Shown here: positions 21,490 through 33,608 of the stretch, in pieces | Layout: each line of letters opens with the position of its first letter | Numbering within the stretch: position 1 is the first letter of the stretch | Source: Scenedesmus sp. PABB004 | Lineage: Eukaryota | Direction of reading: 5' to 3' | Assembly (NCBI GenBank): GCA_014905635.1 | Contig: CM026547.1 | Coordinates: 3,472,001-3,536,000, forward strand | Length of the DNA: 64,000 nucleotides | Program-made: the position numbers and the translations under genes | Notes under the pieces: model-generated | Database searches by the model: none | What the model saw: the letters and a program-made list of their open reading frames with translations, nothing else | What the model was told of the DNA's origin: nothing

Positions 21490-22860
21490 GCGACTGGGAC
21501 TGGGACCAATCACTCTGACCAGCGCGGTGGCGGCGCCGATGCCGCCGCGGCCAGAATGAACCTGACATCAGCACCACCGGCACCCTCACTCCTCACCGCG
21601 CCCCCTTTTTTTCTTGCCTGCGCGCTGCTCCCAGGGTGCGTCGGTACCGCAGACCTGCATCAGGCGCAGCGCCGTGCCCGGCTAGCGCCAGCGCCGGCAG
21701 CGGCAGCAGCGGCGGCCGCGGCGGCAGCGGCGGCAGCGGCGGCAGCAGCCGCGCTCAGGGTGCTGGAGGACAGGGAGGAGCAACAGCAGTCTCGGGGCGG
21801 CCAGGCGGCGGCCAGGCGGCGGGCGGCGGCGCGCACGGCAGCGCAGCAGCGGCGGCACCGGCGCCGGCGGCAGCGGGCGGCGCGCCGATCGCTGCGCGTG
21901 CCCGCCCGCGCACCGCGGGGGCCCCCACCCCGGCCAGCCTCGCTGCGCTGGAGGCGCGCACACGGCCATGAACCAGGTGATGGTCGACGCCGGCGTGCTC
22001 AAGGGTGAGCGCCGGCGCCCCGCGCCCGGCCGTGCCCAGCCGACTGCCCACCGCCGCCGCCGCCGTTCCGCGCAGGCCCGACGCACGCCGACCTCGCCGC
22101 CGCGGCCGCGCCGATTGAGCTGCGACCGGCGCGGCGCACGTGCTCGCCGCCGCGGCGGCGGCCGGGCTGCGCACCGCGGTGCTGTCAATTGATTGGAGCA
22201 CGACGCTGGTGCAGGAGGTGCAGGCCGTGCGTCCCGAGCGGCGCGTGCGGCCCGCTGGCCGCCGCCCTGACCGCGGCCGCTCCCGCGCTGACCGTGGTCA
22301 GGCAGCACCTGGGCCTGCGGGGGCCCGCGCGCGGCATCTCCTCGATCGGCAGCAGCGGCGCGCCAACGAGCTCGTCTGGGACGCCGACAGCGTGAGCGGC
22401 GGCGTCATCGAGCGCCGCGTGCAGTGCGCGCGGGACGAGGGTGCCGCGATGCGGGAGCTGCTGGCCGAGCACCACGGCGGCGGCGCCGGCGCCGGCGCGT
22501 GGTCTACGTCGGCGACTCCGCGTCCGACATCCCCACGCTGCTCGAGGTGCGGCGGTGCCGGCGGTGCGAGGCTGCCGCGCGGCTGCCCGCCGCTGCGCCG
22601 GCAGCCCGGGCCCTGACCAGCCTCTGCCGCGCGCGCCGCGCGCCGCGTGCCGCATGCGCGCCGCCAGGCTGACTGTGGCATCGTCATCGGGGCCAGCGCC
22701 CACATGCGTCGCGTGCTCGCGGCGTTTGGCGTGCCGCTCCGACCGCTCGCCGCGCCGCTCGAGCCACCGGCGGGCGGCGACGAGCGGGCCCGTGGAGGGC
22801 GCGGCGAGCCGCAGCGGCGGCGCCGCGTCGTTGCCTGGCGGCGCGGCGTGTTGCAGGTCA
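21490..22860 (+). pseudogene. HAD-like phosphatase (TH2/thiamine-monophosphate-phosphatase-like) pseudogene
   Basis: Fragments MNQVMVDAGVLKG, IELRP/GAAHVL...VLSIDWS, RANEL, VYVGDSASDIPTLLEADCGIVIG lie in different frames; at least 3 frameshifts (~21960, ~22125, ~22498) not explained by introns. Confidence 0.7.
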
Positions 22861-23222
22861 GCACTCTGGCTGACTGTTGCCCTGCTCCCCTGCACCTGTT
22901 GCCTGCTGCGCACGGCACCAGCCCGCGCGCGTGCTGCGCGCGTGCTGCGATGCGTGAGCTATTCCCGCTGAGCTTTGCCACAAAGCCGCGGGGGCACAAG
23001 AGCTTCAGCATGAAGTTCCCAGTCTGCCGCGAGTCCTATAAAGCCTCCGCACGCCGTAAGCGCTTGCAGGCAGCCCGCTGCAGCAGCGGCGGCGCCCTCG
23101 CGCGCCGCTGCGTGCGCGCGTGCGCTGCCTGAGCTGTTTCAGCGCTGTAAGCGGCAGGGTGAACAAGACGTTCCCAGCCGCGTGCCCTATACGGGCTCCG
23201 CGCGCCACCGGCGCTTGTAACG
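22846..23222 (+). repeat. Inverted-repeat arm 2 plus a degenerate tandem sub-copy, with TGTAA at 23146 and 23216
   Basis: Homologous to the reverse complement of 18109-18313. Confidence 0.8.
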
Positions 23223-23313
23223 AAGCACTCTGCCGCACCCAACCAATCAGCGCTCTCGCGATCGCAACACCACCGCGCAACACTCCGCTCCGCGTCTGGC
23301 CCAGGGCTGCTGC

Positions 23314-24127
23314 CTAGGTCAGCAGCTTGTTGCCAACCTCGGCCTCCAGGGGGATTGTGTCCTGGAAGCCCTCAACGTAGATGCCTCCCCTGGCTCCGGG
23401 CTCAATAGAGTGCCAGAGGTCCTCAAACGAAGGATGCAGGGGGTAGGCGCCGTCCTCGACCGAGGGCGCGATCCACAGGCGCAGCAGGTGGCGGCGCTCG
23501 TCAAAGTCCTGCATAGGCAGGCGGGCGGGCAGGTGGGGCGAGCGGGGCGGTGAGCGAAAGGGAGAAGTGCAGCGCCGCCGGCGGCGGCACTGTTTGCAGG
23601 GCCAAGGGCACTGGAGGGCAGCGGGTGCCGCAGCGCTCGCGTTGCCACACTCACATCGTGGTCCTCGTAGGCCGTGCGGGCGTGCACCTGCGTGTGGTTG
23701 TGCACGAGCTGCAGATCGCCGGGCTGCAGCCAGAAGTCCAGCCTGACCTCATCAGCCACCTCACGGAAGAGCTGCAGCGCTCGGAGCTGCGGTGCGTGGG
23801 GCAAGGGAGGGGATGCAAGGGGGTGATGGTCAGCGTGGGTCCGTTTTGGCAGCACAAGCCAACCGGCGTGGATCCATTTTGGCAGCACAAGCCAACCGGC
23901 GCTCACCTGCTCGTCGGTCAGCCGAGGCACCTCGGGGAAGCGCTCGGCCAGCTGGTAGTATGTGTCGTTGAAGGTCACGGCCAGGTAGCCCTGCAGGGGG
24001 AAGGGAGGAGTTGAGAAGTTGAGTTAGCTTGGCAGAGAGGTGGTCGGGTGGCAGCAGTGCAGCCATGCCCCTGCTCTCCCCTCTTCTCTGCACTTTCCCC
24101 AAGCACAGCCCCCAAAATGCAGACCCT

Positions 24128-24196
<69 letters not shown>

Positions 24197-26177
24197 TGTA
24201 GTAGTGGATGATAGGGAGCACGTTGTAGGGCAGCTTGCCCTCAGGGACCTCGTTCTTGCGGTCCAGGTACCAGGTCGATGCCAGCGTGCGGATGACAGAC
24301 GGGTCGCGCTTGAGCAACTCGTTGTGGATGGTGACGCTGCTGGCGACGCGGCTGAGGCCGCCGCTCTTGGCCGTCTTGAGGCACAGCAGGCCTGGCGGTA
24401 GGGGGGAGAGCAGCAGGGCACGGTCAGTTTACACCATAGGCTCGCGCCCATTGGTCGGGCGCGGGCCAGTGCGGCTGGCGCGGGGGAGAGGATAGCGAGC
24501 AGCACTGCCTTTCAACCTGCGGCGCCGGCAGAGCTGAACGCGGCGAGCGCAGCGCGTGCCAGCAGCCAGCAGCGGCAGCGCCAGCAGGCGGGCAGCAGTA
24601 CGCACCCACGACGTCGGAGCCGTCCACGTGCCAGGGCTGGGCAACGGGCGTGAGGTAGATGCGCGTGGTGGGGTTGCTGTGTGTGGGGTCGACATCGACG
24701 TCCTTGACATGGCTGAGGGAAGGAGGGGGGGTGTGAAGAAAAGGAGTGATGAAAGGGGCAGGGCAAGGGGTGGGCCAAGGAGGGAGCGTATCAGCAGCCA
24801 GCCTGCCCGCAGCACAGCGCAGGAGCGCAAGAGCAGCGAAGCGCAAGCACGAGGAGCTGCAGCTGTAGCAGTGGCACAGCCTAGCAGCTCACCCGATCAG
24901 GTGCGCCTTCTCGTTCTGGCGGCGCGGAGCGCCCCTGCAAGAGCAGCAGTTGGGCAGGCAACCGATCGTACAGCTGAGCCAAGGAGCAGCAAAGGGCAGC
25001 AGCAAACGTGGCGCGCGCGCGCAGCTGGGCAGGATATCCGCCCCAGCTGCCCCCACCCCACTCACGCACACCCACCACGCACCAGTGCAGGCCAATGCCA
25101 TAATAGGCGATGAGCGTCTCCTTGCGGCTCCACCTGTCAACCGGCAGGCCGCGCAGTAGCGCAAAGCCCCTGCCGCGAAGCACCTCTTGCTGCATGCGCC
25201 GCAGCACCGGGCCCAGGGTTGGCAGCTCAAAGTCGTCCTTTGACACAGAGCCCTGCTATTGGGCGTGGTCGGCGTCAGGCGGAGCACGGCGGTGAGAAAG
25301 GCTCCAAACAGGTGTCGGTGGAGGCGAGGCAGCTGCCGGACAGGCACGCGCACGCGCACGCGCATCCTTCCGCTCTGCCCTGCACCCTGGCGCCCGCCTG
25401 AGCTCCCCCACCGAGCTTTACCCACCAGGCTGAGGTAGTTTCCCTCCTGAGTGATGCTCATGCTGGCGAGGATCCTCTGCACGGCGACGTCGAGCTCCGC
25501 CACCTGCTCGGGCGTCACCCGCTCCGCCCACGCGTCAAAGTTGTCCTGGTAGTCCTTGCCGACCCATGCGCTGGGGTCATCCACGATCGTGTAGGGTTCC
25601 ACGGAGCCCTGCCTGCAAGGGCAGGGGGGGGGGGCAGGGGAGGCAAGAGCAGGGCGAGTGAGAGAAGAGAGAGAGAGAGGCCGCGGCGCCGCCGCGCGCT
25701 TGCGCGGCGGCAAGAGAGAGGCCGCGGCGCCGCCGCGCGTGCGCGCGGCGGCAGGCCTGATGCACGCTGCAGCTTGCGGCGAGCTCTCACTTGCTCGTCC
25801 TCAGCTCCACGGGGGCCTTGCCGGGCAGTGGCGGCGGCACCACGCCGGGCAGCGGGCCTGCGAGCGCGGCAACGGCAACATATCGGCTCACTCAAAACTG
25901 CCTGGCGCGCGCGCCGGTCACGGCTCCAGCGCGCTGCCTGATCCTCTGCCGGCCTTTCACGAAAGGCGCAGGGACCCCTGCTTCGCCGTTACCCATCCGC
26001 CAGGGCTCGCGCACCTCCACTCTGGTCGAACGGGAGCGGCGGGAGTGTCTGCCCCTCAGCAGGCGCCATGATGGCCGGCCGGGCGAACAGCGGCCGCCTG
26101 CCGACCCGGCGAGAGCTGGGAATGCACGTGGCAGGGACGCGGAGGGCGCTCGGGGCTGCCCGGGACAGGGCGCGCAT
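23314..26177 (-). CDS. TauD/TfdA-family Fe(II)/2-oxoglutarate dioxygenase, about 10 exons, probable transit peptide (5' exons uncertain)
   Basis: GRGFALLRGLPV, QNEKAHLIGHVKD, QPWHVDGSDVVGLLCLKTAKSGG (HxD), LQPGDLQLVHNHTQVHARTAYED (distal H, R), RHLLRLWI. Confidence 0.9.
24131..24193 (+). repeat. (CA)n microsatellite in a dioxygenase intron
   Basis: Direct observation. Confidence 0.95.
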
Positions 26178-26410
26178 GGCGAGGCTGGGGCGAGGCTCGG
26201 GGGCCCGCTGCCAGCGCAGCGACCAGCGGCGCGTCGAGGGGTGTGCGGCGGAAGGCTTGTGGGGGTGGCGTGGCACGGCCGCGGGCAGAGTGGAGGCCGG
26301 GGCTACGCGTGCCGCGGTGGTGGAACGCGAGGGAACGGCGAAACTTCTCCCTCTGCCCGCGAAACGACCACCTGGGACTTTTTTCAGACGCGGACGCGCC
26401 CTCTAGATTG

Positions 26411-27381
26411 CGGCGCGGCGCTGGGCCTCGAGCCGGGCGCTGCGCCGCGATCGCCGCCTCTCGCCGCTGCCGCCGCCCGACGGCGCACGCACGCGCGGCG
26501 GCGGCCCGCTGCTGCCTGCTCTGCGTGGCGGTCTGGCCGTGCCGAACGCAGGCCAGCGGCGCGCCGCGTGGCGGCGCGGTGAACCCCGCGCTTGAGCGCA
26601 CGCCCCGCTTGCCTCGGCGTGCCCGCCCGCGGGTGCTTCTGCAGCACCGCCGTCAACGCCGCCACAGCCAGCACCACCATCACCACCGCGCCGCCACCAA
26701 ACCGCGGCGCACACCTTTCGCTCGCTCGCTCGCCCGAGGACCGGGCCCCGCCGCCGCGTGCCCCCCGCCCGGCGGCGCGGCCAATTGTACACACGCCCAA
26801 ACCAAAGCCCTCGCTAGCTGCTGCCGCCCAGCACAAACTTGACGACGCGCGCGGCGAAGCGCTGCGCCAGCTGCTGCGACACCTCGCGGACCAGCTGCGC
26901 CGCGCCGGGCTGCGCGGCGAGCTGCTGCAGCTGCGGCATCGACTGCGCCAGCGAGCCCTGCACCGACGCGAGCAGCGGCTGCACGTCCTGCGCCGTCAGC
27001 AGCCCAAACGGCCCCGAGCCCGGCGGCAGCTGCAGCTGCAGCGGCGGCGGCGCCGGCGCGCCGTCCGCGCTCGCCGGCGCGAGCCGCGCCGTGACCGTGC
27101 TCGCCAGCAGCGCAGCGCGCGCGGCCGCCTCCTCCTCGCGCGGCTGCACCGGCACCAGCCTGTTGGCCAGCTCCACGTTGTTGAAGCTGCGGCGCCGCGG
27201 CGGCGGTGGGCACGCGTCAGCGGCGGCGGCACCCGTCAGCAGCAGCGCGCGGCGCGGCGTTGCGGCGGCGCGGCGGAGCCCCCGCGCGTCGTGCCTGGCG
27301 GCGATGCGGTCGCGCGCGTTGGCGGCCGCGGCGGCGTCGATCATGCGCGCGGCCTCGACCGCGAGGCGGCTGCGTATGGCC
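26411..27381 (-). repeat. Direct-repeat copy B (3' end and flank of the intact ABC1 kinase gene)
   Basis: Near-identical to 17073-18079. Confidence 0.95.
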
Positions 27382-28506
27382 GCTGCATTGTCGCTGAGCA
27401 GCCAGGCGCCGAGCAGCCAGAGCTGGCCCGCGTCGAAGTCGGACGACTTGCTGCCCTCGCGCACCAGGTTCTCCAGCCGCGACCACCGCAGCGCGCCGTC
27501 CTGTGCGGGTGTGCGCGTGGGTGTGTGTGGGTGGGGGGCGCGGCGCACACCGGTCGTCGGCACGAGCGCGCGCGCCGCGGCGGCCGCGCCGTGCGAGGGC
27601 TCGCGCCGCCCCCACCGGACCCCACACTGTTTCCTCTCCCCCCCCCCCCTCCCACCCTCGACACCCACCCACACCCTCCACACCCACCCTCCACACCCGC
27701 CCGCCCACACGCACCTGCATGACCAGGTCCTCAAAGCTCGCGCGCAGCTCGGGCGCTGGGTCGGTGAGCAGGCGGCGCGCGATGTAGGGGTACGCCCGCC
27801 CCAGCAGCTTGTACCGCGGGTCAGCCTGGCCGTGTCAAAGCAGGCGCGGGCGGGGGAGGGAGGGAGGGAGGGAGGGGGGGGGGCATGAGCGGCGCGGCGG
27901 GGGAGCGCCGGCGCGGCGCCGCGGCGTGCGCGCGCGGCGGCGCGCGCGGCGGCGCGCGTGCGGCGCGTGCGCGGTGGCGCGTGCGCGGTGGCGCGTGCGC
28001 GGTGGCGCGTGCGCGTGCGCGCGCGCCTGCAGCGCGAGGCCCTCCAGCACGGTGAGGCTGCGCAGGATGAGGGCATAGTAGGCGGGCACCCTGCGGGGGG
28101 CGGGGGGGGGGGGCAGGGGTGGGGCTTAGGGCATAGGCGGCCCGCGCGCGGGGGCGTGGGGGCCTGACGACGCGCCGCCTCCCCTCCCTCCGTCCCTCCT
28201 TCCCTCCCTCCTTCCCTCCCTCCTTCCCTCCCTCCCTCATCACCCCCCCTCATCTCTCCCCCGCGCGGGCGCCCGCCCCGCGCGCCCCACCTGAAGGGGT
28301 ATGCAAAGAGCACCGCGCCGAGGCCGTCCACGATGGCCTTAAAGTTGAGCTCCGCCACGCTCGCGTCGAGCACGTCGTCAAAAAAGGCGCGCAGCGCGGG
28401 CGCGATCGGCGCGGTGTCGATGGCGGGGTCCATGAACTGCAGCGTGTAGTAGTCGCGGCACATCGCCTCATAGTCCCTGCGCGCGCGCGTGCGTGCGTGT
28501 GCGTGC

Positions 28507-28602
<96 letters not shown>

Positions 28603-31261
28603 TGGTGGGGGGGGGGGGGGGGGGGGGGGGGGCGGCGGTGGTGTGACGAGCGCGTGTGACGAGAGGGGGGCCGCGGGCGGCGGGCGCGTGGGGGTGGCGG
28701 CCCGCCCACCTGTTGACCAGGTGCACCACGTGGGCCATGATCGCGTAGCGCGCGTACTCGGGCGCAGACGACATCATGCTGCACAGCACACAGCACGCAG
28801 CACGGCGGGCGGGCCAGGCGGTGGGGTCAGGCGGGGCCGGGCGGGGCCGGGCGGTGCGGCTGGCGGCGCGAGTGCGCGCGGCGGGCGGGCATGTGTCCCC
28901 CCTCCACACGCATGCACGCACAAGCACGCACACGCACACGCGCGCACACACACACAGCTGCAGACACGCACACAGGCCCACACCCCGCGCCCCCGCCCAC
29001 ACCCCGCCGCCGCACCCAAAGTCCAGGTAGACCAGGCTGCCGTCCGGGGAGGCGAGCAGGTTGCCGGGGTGCGGGTCGGCGTGAAAGTAGCCGTGCTCGA
29101 GCAGCTGGCGGGCGCGGGGGCAGCGCGGGCGCGCGCGAGCGGCGGCGGCGTGCGGGCGGCGTGGGCGCCGCGGCAGCGCGCGCGCGGGGTGCGCGCGCGG
29201 TGCGGCGCGCGCGCGGCGGCGCGCGCGCGGGGTGCGCGCGCGGTGCGCCGGTGCGCGGCGCGCGCCTGGCGCAGTGTGCACTCAATGCCAACGTCCACAA
29301 AGTCGATGATGTCCAGCCCCGCCGCGTCCATCGCCTCCTGCGCGACCACACGCGCACACGCACACACAGCGAGAGAGAGAGCTTAGCAAGGCTGCGTGCG
29401 CGGCGCGGCGGTGCGGCGCTGCGCGGCGGTGCAGCGGTCGTCCGTCGCGGCGGCCCAATCCCCGCCCCGCGGCGCGGGTCGCGGGTCGCGCCTTGTTGGT
29501 GAGCTTGACGCCGTCGATCCACTCCATGGTAAGGACGCGGCGCCGCGTGGCCCCCCAGTAGATGCCCGGCGTGCGCACGCGGGCCATGCCGCCGTACAGC
29601 TCCTGCGCGGCGGCGGCGGGGCGCGGGGCGACCCCGGCAGGGGCGGCTGGCCGCCGCGCCGCCGCGGTCGCAGCCGCGCGCGCCGCGCGCGCGCACGCCC
29701 CCCGCGCCTCCCTGCTCGCGCGCGCGCGCCTGGAAGCGCTCCGCGTTGCGCCCCTCCGCGCAGTAGTCGAGCTCCGCGAACAGGCGGCCCGCAAACTCGT
29801 CGACGAGCGGGACGAGCGGCTGGCTGATCTGGGGCAGGCTGCGGTCGACCGCGGCCATGAGGCGGCGCAGGAGCAGCATGTCGACGGCGATGCTCTCCCC
29901 GATGCCGGGGCGCTGCACCTTGACCGCGACGACGTCCCCCGTCTCGCGCAGGACGCCCTTGTACACCTGCTTGAGCGGGCGGGCGCAGCGGGCGGTGAGC
30001 GAGCGCAGGGAGCAGCCTCGTCGTGTGCAGGCCTGGCGCGCGCAGGCCTGGCGCGCGCCTGCGGCACGGCCGCCGCGACGCCGGGCCCGCGCGCGTGCGC
30101 GCGCGCGCGCGTGCGCGCGCCTGTCCGAGGCTGGCCGCCGCGACGGGCTGCTCGCTGAGCTGGTCGTACACGGAGGCCACGGGCACGCCGAGCTCTTCCT
30201 CGATGACCGCGTACGCGATCTCGTTCGGGAAGCTGGGCAGGCGGTCCTGCAGCTCGCTGAGCGCGTCGAGGTACTCCTTGGGCAGCAGGTCGGGCCGCGA
30301 CGACAGCGCCTGCCCGATCTTGGTGAACGACGGGCCCAGCCCCGACAGCAGCCGGCGCAGCTCGGCCGCGCTGCGCGCGCCGCGGCGGCGGCGCCGGCGG
30401 CGGGTGAGCGCGCGGCAGGGCGCGCGCGGGCGCGCGCGCGGGAGAGCAGCGCCGGCGCGCGCGGGAGAGCAGCGCGCACCGCTTGGCCGCGTTGGCGTCG
30501 AGCTGCCCCAGCGCAAAGTCGCGGCCCACGCGCGCGATGAAGCCGCCCAGGCTCGCGGCAATGCGCACGGCGCGGCCGTACACCTGCGGCGCGCGGCGGC
30601 AGCGGCGGCGCTCGGCGCAGTGCGCTCTGCGCTGGCCGCGCCTGGCGCGGCCGGCGCTGCCGGCGCCCCGACCGGCCGGGCCCCGCCGGGCCCCCACCTG
30701 CGGCCACTTGCTGGCGAGCTGCGCGGCGAGCTTGTCTGGGTCGTAGCTCACGCCCATCTCTATGAGCAGCTGGGGCAGGTCGGGCGTGAGCGTGTCGAGC
30801 TCCATCGCCTCCACCCAGTCCCGCTGGCCTGCGCGCCGGCGGGGACGGGCAGCAGGGGGCCGGCAGCAGGGGCGGCGGCGGCAGGGCGGGGCGTGAGGGG
30901 CCGCCACGGCGGCCCCAGCGGGCTGCTCCACAGGCTGCTGCGCGCCCGCCCGGCGCGGCTGCAGCGGCGGCGGCGCAGTCGCCGTGGCCCGCGCGCGCGC
31001 ACCGCTCTCCGTGAAGAACCAGTCGGCGGCCCGGTACTCGGGCGAGACCATCAGGCTGTCCACGCTCTGCAGCGGGCTGTCCGCGACCACGCGCGAGGGC
31101 GTGCGCACGCGGGCCGCGACCGCGCCGCGCCGCTGCTGCTGCCGCGCGCCGCCGCCGCTGCCGCCACAGCGCCGCCCCGGCGCGCCGGCCATGGGCGTGC
31201 CGGGCGCTGATGCACGCCCACGGCCCACCCGCGCGGCCTGCGGGGGCCTGGTGAGCAGCAT
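26814..31261 (-). CDS. ABC1/UbiB atypical kinase (ABC1K family, probably plastid), multi-exon
   Basis: [95 protein letters not shown]. Confidence 0.95.
28511..28632 (+). repeat. (TG)n microsatellite followed by poly-G in an ABC1K intron
   Basis: Direct observation. Confidence 0.95.
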
Positions 31262-31697
31262 GGCGCCTTCTGTGGTGCTGCTGCTCTCGCGGGCGCTGCC
31301 ACCCGCGGCGCAGCGAGGCGGGCTGGCACAGACGGCCGTGCAGGTGCGCGTGCGCAGCAACGAATGAGCCGCGGGGCGCCCCATGCAGCGAGTTCTGTCA
31401 TCGCAGCCTAGGGTGCAGGGCGCGGCAGCGGGCGGCGCGTGCCCGGTGCTGCCAGTCCTTTGAGCGCAGGCCGCGACCGACGCGCAGCTCGCTGCGGCCG
31501 CGCGGCGTCACACCAGCGGTCGCCAAGCACATCACCAGCGCCGCCGCCGCCGCCGCAATCCAGCCAGCCGCCGCGGCCGCCAGTGCGCCAGGCGTGAGTG
31601 TGGCTCAGCAGGTGATCAACGCGACCGACCGCAGCGGCGCGCGGTCTCGCCGGCAGCGGTGGCGGGCACCAACCGAAAGCAGCGCCCGCCGCGCGCG

Positions 31698-33608
31698 ATG
31701 CGCGGCGCCCTGGCTGCGGCGCTGCTGTTGGTGCTCTCGACCGCTGCTGGAGCGGCGGCGCGGCAGACGGGCGGCACCAGTGGCAGCCCCAGCCCCGCTC
31801 CGGCCGCCGCGCCTGCCGGCGGCGGCGGCAGCCCCGATCCGGCCGCCGCGCCTGCCGGCGGCAGCCCCAGCCCCGCGCCTGGCGGCGGGAGCGGCGCTGC
31901 CAGCCCGGGCCCTGCCAGCCCGTCACCAGGGCTAGGCGGCCCGGCCGGCGGCAGCCCCAGCCCCAGACCCCCGAGCTCCCAGAGCCCCCCGAGCTCCCCC
32001 AGCCCGGCCCCCGCCGCCAGCCCTCCGCCGGCGCCGGCGCCCGCGCCCCAGCGCGGGCCGCTGCCCCTCAGCAGCAGCGTGATCTTGTTTGACCTCGGCG
32101 ACGTGACCGAAACCGTCCGGCAGAACGGGCGCGCGGCCAACTGGTGCGTGCGGGCGCGCGCCGCACGCCGCCTGCGCGCTCGCGCGCGGCTCACCGCCCC
32201 GCCGCGCGCCCGCCCCGCGTGCGCTCTCGCCGCCAGGTGCGCTCTCGTCGCCAACAACGCCCGGCAGCAGGGCTCCGACGCGGTGAACATTGTCATGACG
32301 CAGTACTGGCTCCCCTCGGGCAACACCTCGGCGCAGCAATTCGTGCCGTTGGGCTTTTGCTTCAAGGAGCGCGGCGGCGGGCCGTGCAAGCCCTTCACGC
32401 GCGACGCAGTGTCGCGCTTCCAGGCGCAGATGACGGCCTGCCTCGCCACCGCCATCGCCCAGGGTGGGCCGCGCTGGCGCCGCAGCCGGCACTCGCGCCG
32501 CGCCGCGGGCGCCGCGCCGGCGCGCGCCAGGCCCCCGCGCCGCGCTCATCGCCGCCGCCGCCGTGTCGTCCGCCGCGTCGTGTTCCGCCGGCTCAGGGTT
32601 TAAGACCATCATGCTCACGCCGCACATGGACCACGCGCGCGACCCCTTCCAGTGGCGCAACCGGCTGGCCCTGGACCCGACGGCCAAGCTGGGCGGGCTG
32701 AGCTACTACGACATACAGCTCGCGCCGCTCGCCGCCGCGGTGGCCGCCAACCTGGGCCGCGGCGCGCGCTTCCTGCTGAACTTGTCCGGCGAGATGGGCA
32801 CCAGCACGTTTGGCTGGCCGGCCGCGTGGGCGCAGCTGCTCGGCCGTGTGGGCGCGGACACGCGCCGCGCGGCGCCGGGGGAGGTGTCGCTGGGGGTGAA
32901 GCTCAACTTTGACCAGGTCGCCGGCGACGCCGACGCGCTGCCGGGCGACCGGCGCGCGCGTGACGCGGCGGCGCGCGCGCTGCTCGACGCGCTGGACTTC
33001 ATCGCCATAAGCGCGTACGCGCCGCAGCCCGCCAAGCCGACGCCGGCGGGCATGCAGGTGCGGCGCCCGCGCGCCCGCGCGGCCGCAGCGCCGCCGGCCG
33101 GTGCGGGCGCGCCCGCCGTGCCCGCCCGTCCCCGCTCACGCGCGCGGCGCCGCCCGCGGCCGCGCAGGCGAGCGCGGTCATCGCCGACGCGGAGCTGCGC
33201 GGCCGCGGCATCACGTTGCGCAACCGCACGCTCTATTACGGCGAATTTGGCGTGGGAGGGGGCACGAGCCTTCACTGCGACAGCCCGGCCAAGACGCCGG
33301 CCGCAGCCGGCGCGACGCCGCAGTACGGCACCTGCTGGCAATACAACGTTCACCTGGACCCGTGGTCAAACAAGGTGGTGCGGGAGTACCGCCATGAATA
33401 CTACGCCGCCGCGCTCGCGTGGCTGCGCGAACCCGGCCGCTATGGCGGCGACCTGCCCGTGCGGGGCGTGTTCGGCTGGAGTCTCGTCAGCTGGGACGTC
33501 CAGGGCGTCCACCCGCTGAGCTACGCCGGCGACGGCGCGAGCTTCAAGGACGACCAGGTGGCCGCGGCCATTGCCGACCACAACAAGGCGTCGGCCGGGG
33601 CGGCGTGA
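31698..33608 (+). CDS. Secreted protein with Ser/Pro-rich linker and putative glycoside-hydrolase-like barrel; paralog of 4529-7133 (about 4 exons)
   Basis: Signal-peptide-like MRGALAAALLLVLSTAAGA; SP/AP repeats; VNIVMTQYW, LTPHMD, WRNRLALDP, NLSGEM, GVKLNFDQ, DFIAISAY, YGEFGVGGG, WSLVSWDVQGVH. Confidence 0.75.

Noticed and set aside
23841..23902. Short direct repeat (ttttggcagcacaagccaaccggcg twice)
   Set aside because: Local intronic duplication with no evidence of function.
26395..26412. CTAG at the island's right junction as a possible Helitron terminus
   Set aside because: No matching terminus at the other end, no clear subterminal hairpin, no Rep/helicase gene, and Helitrons do not make long target duplications.
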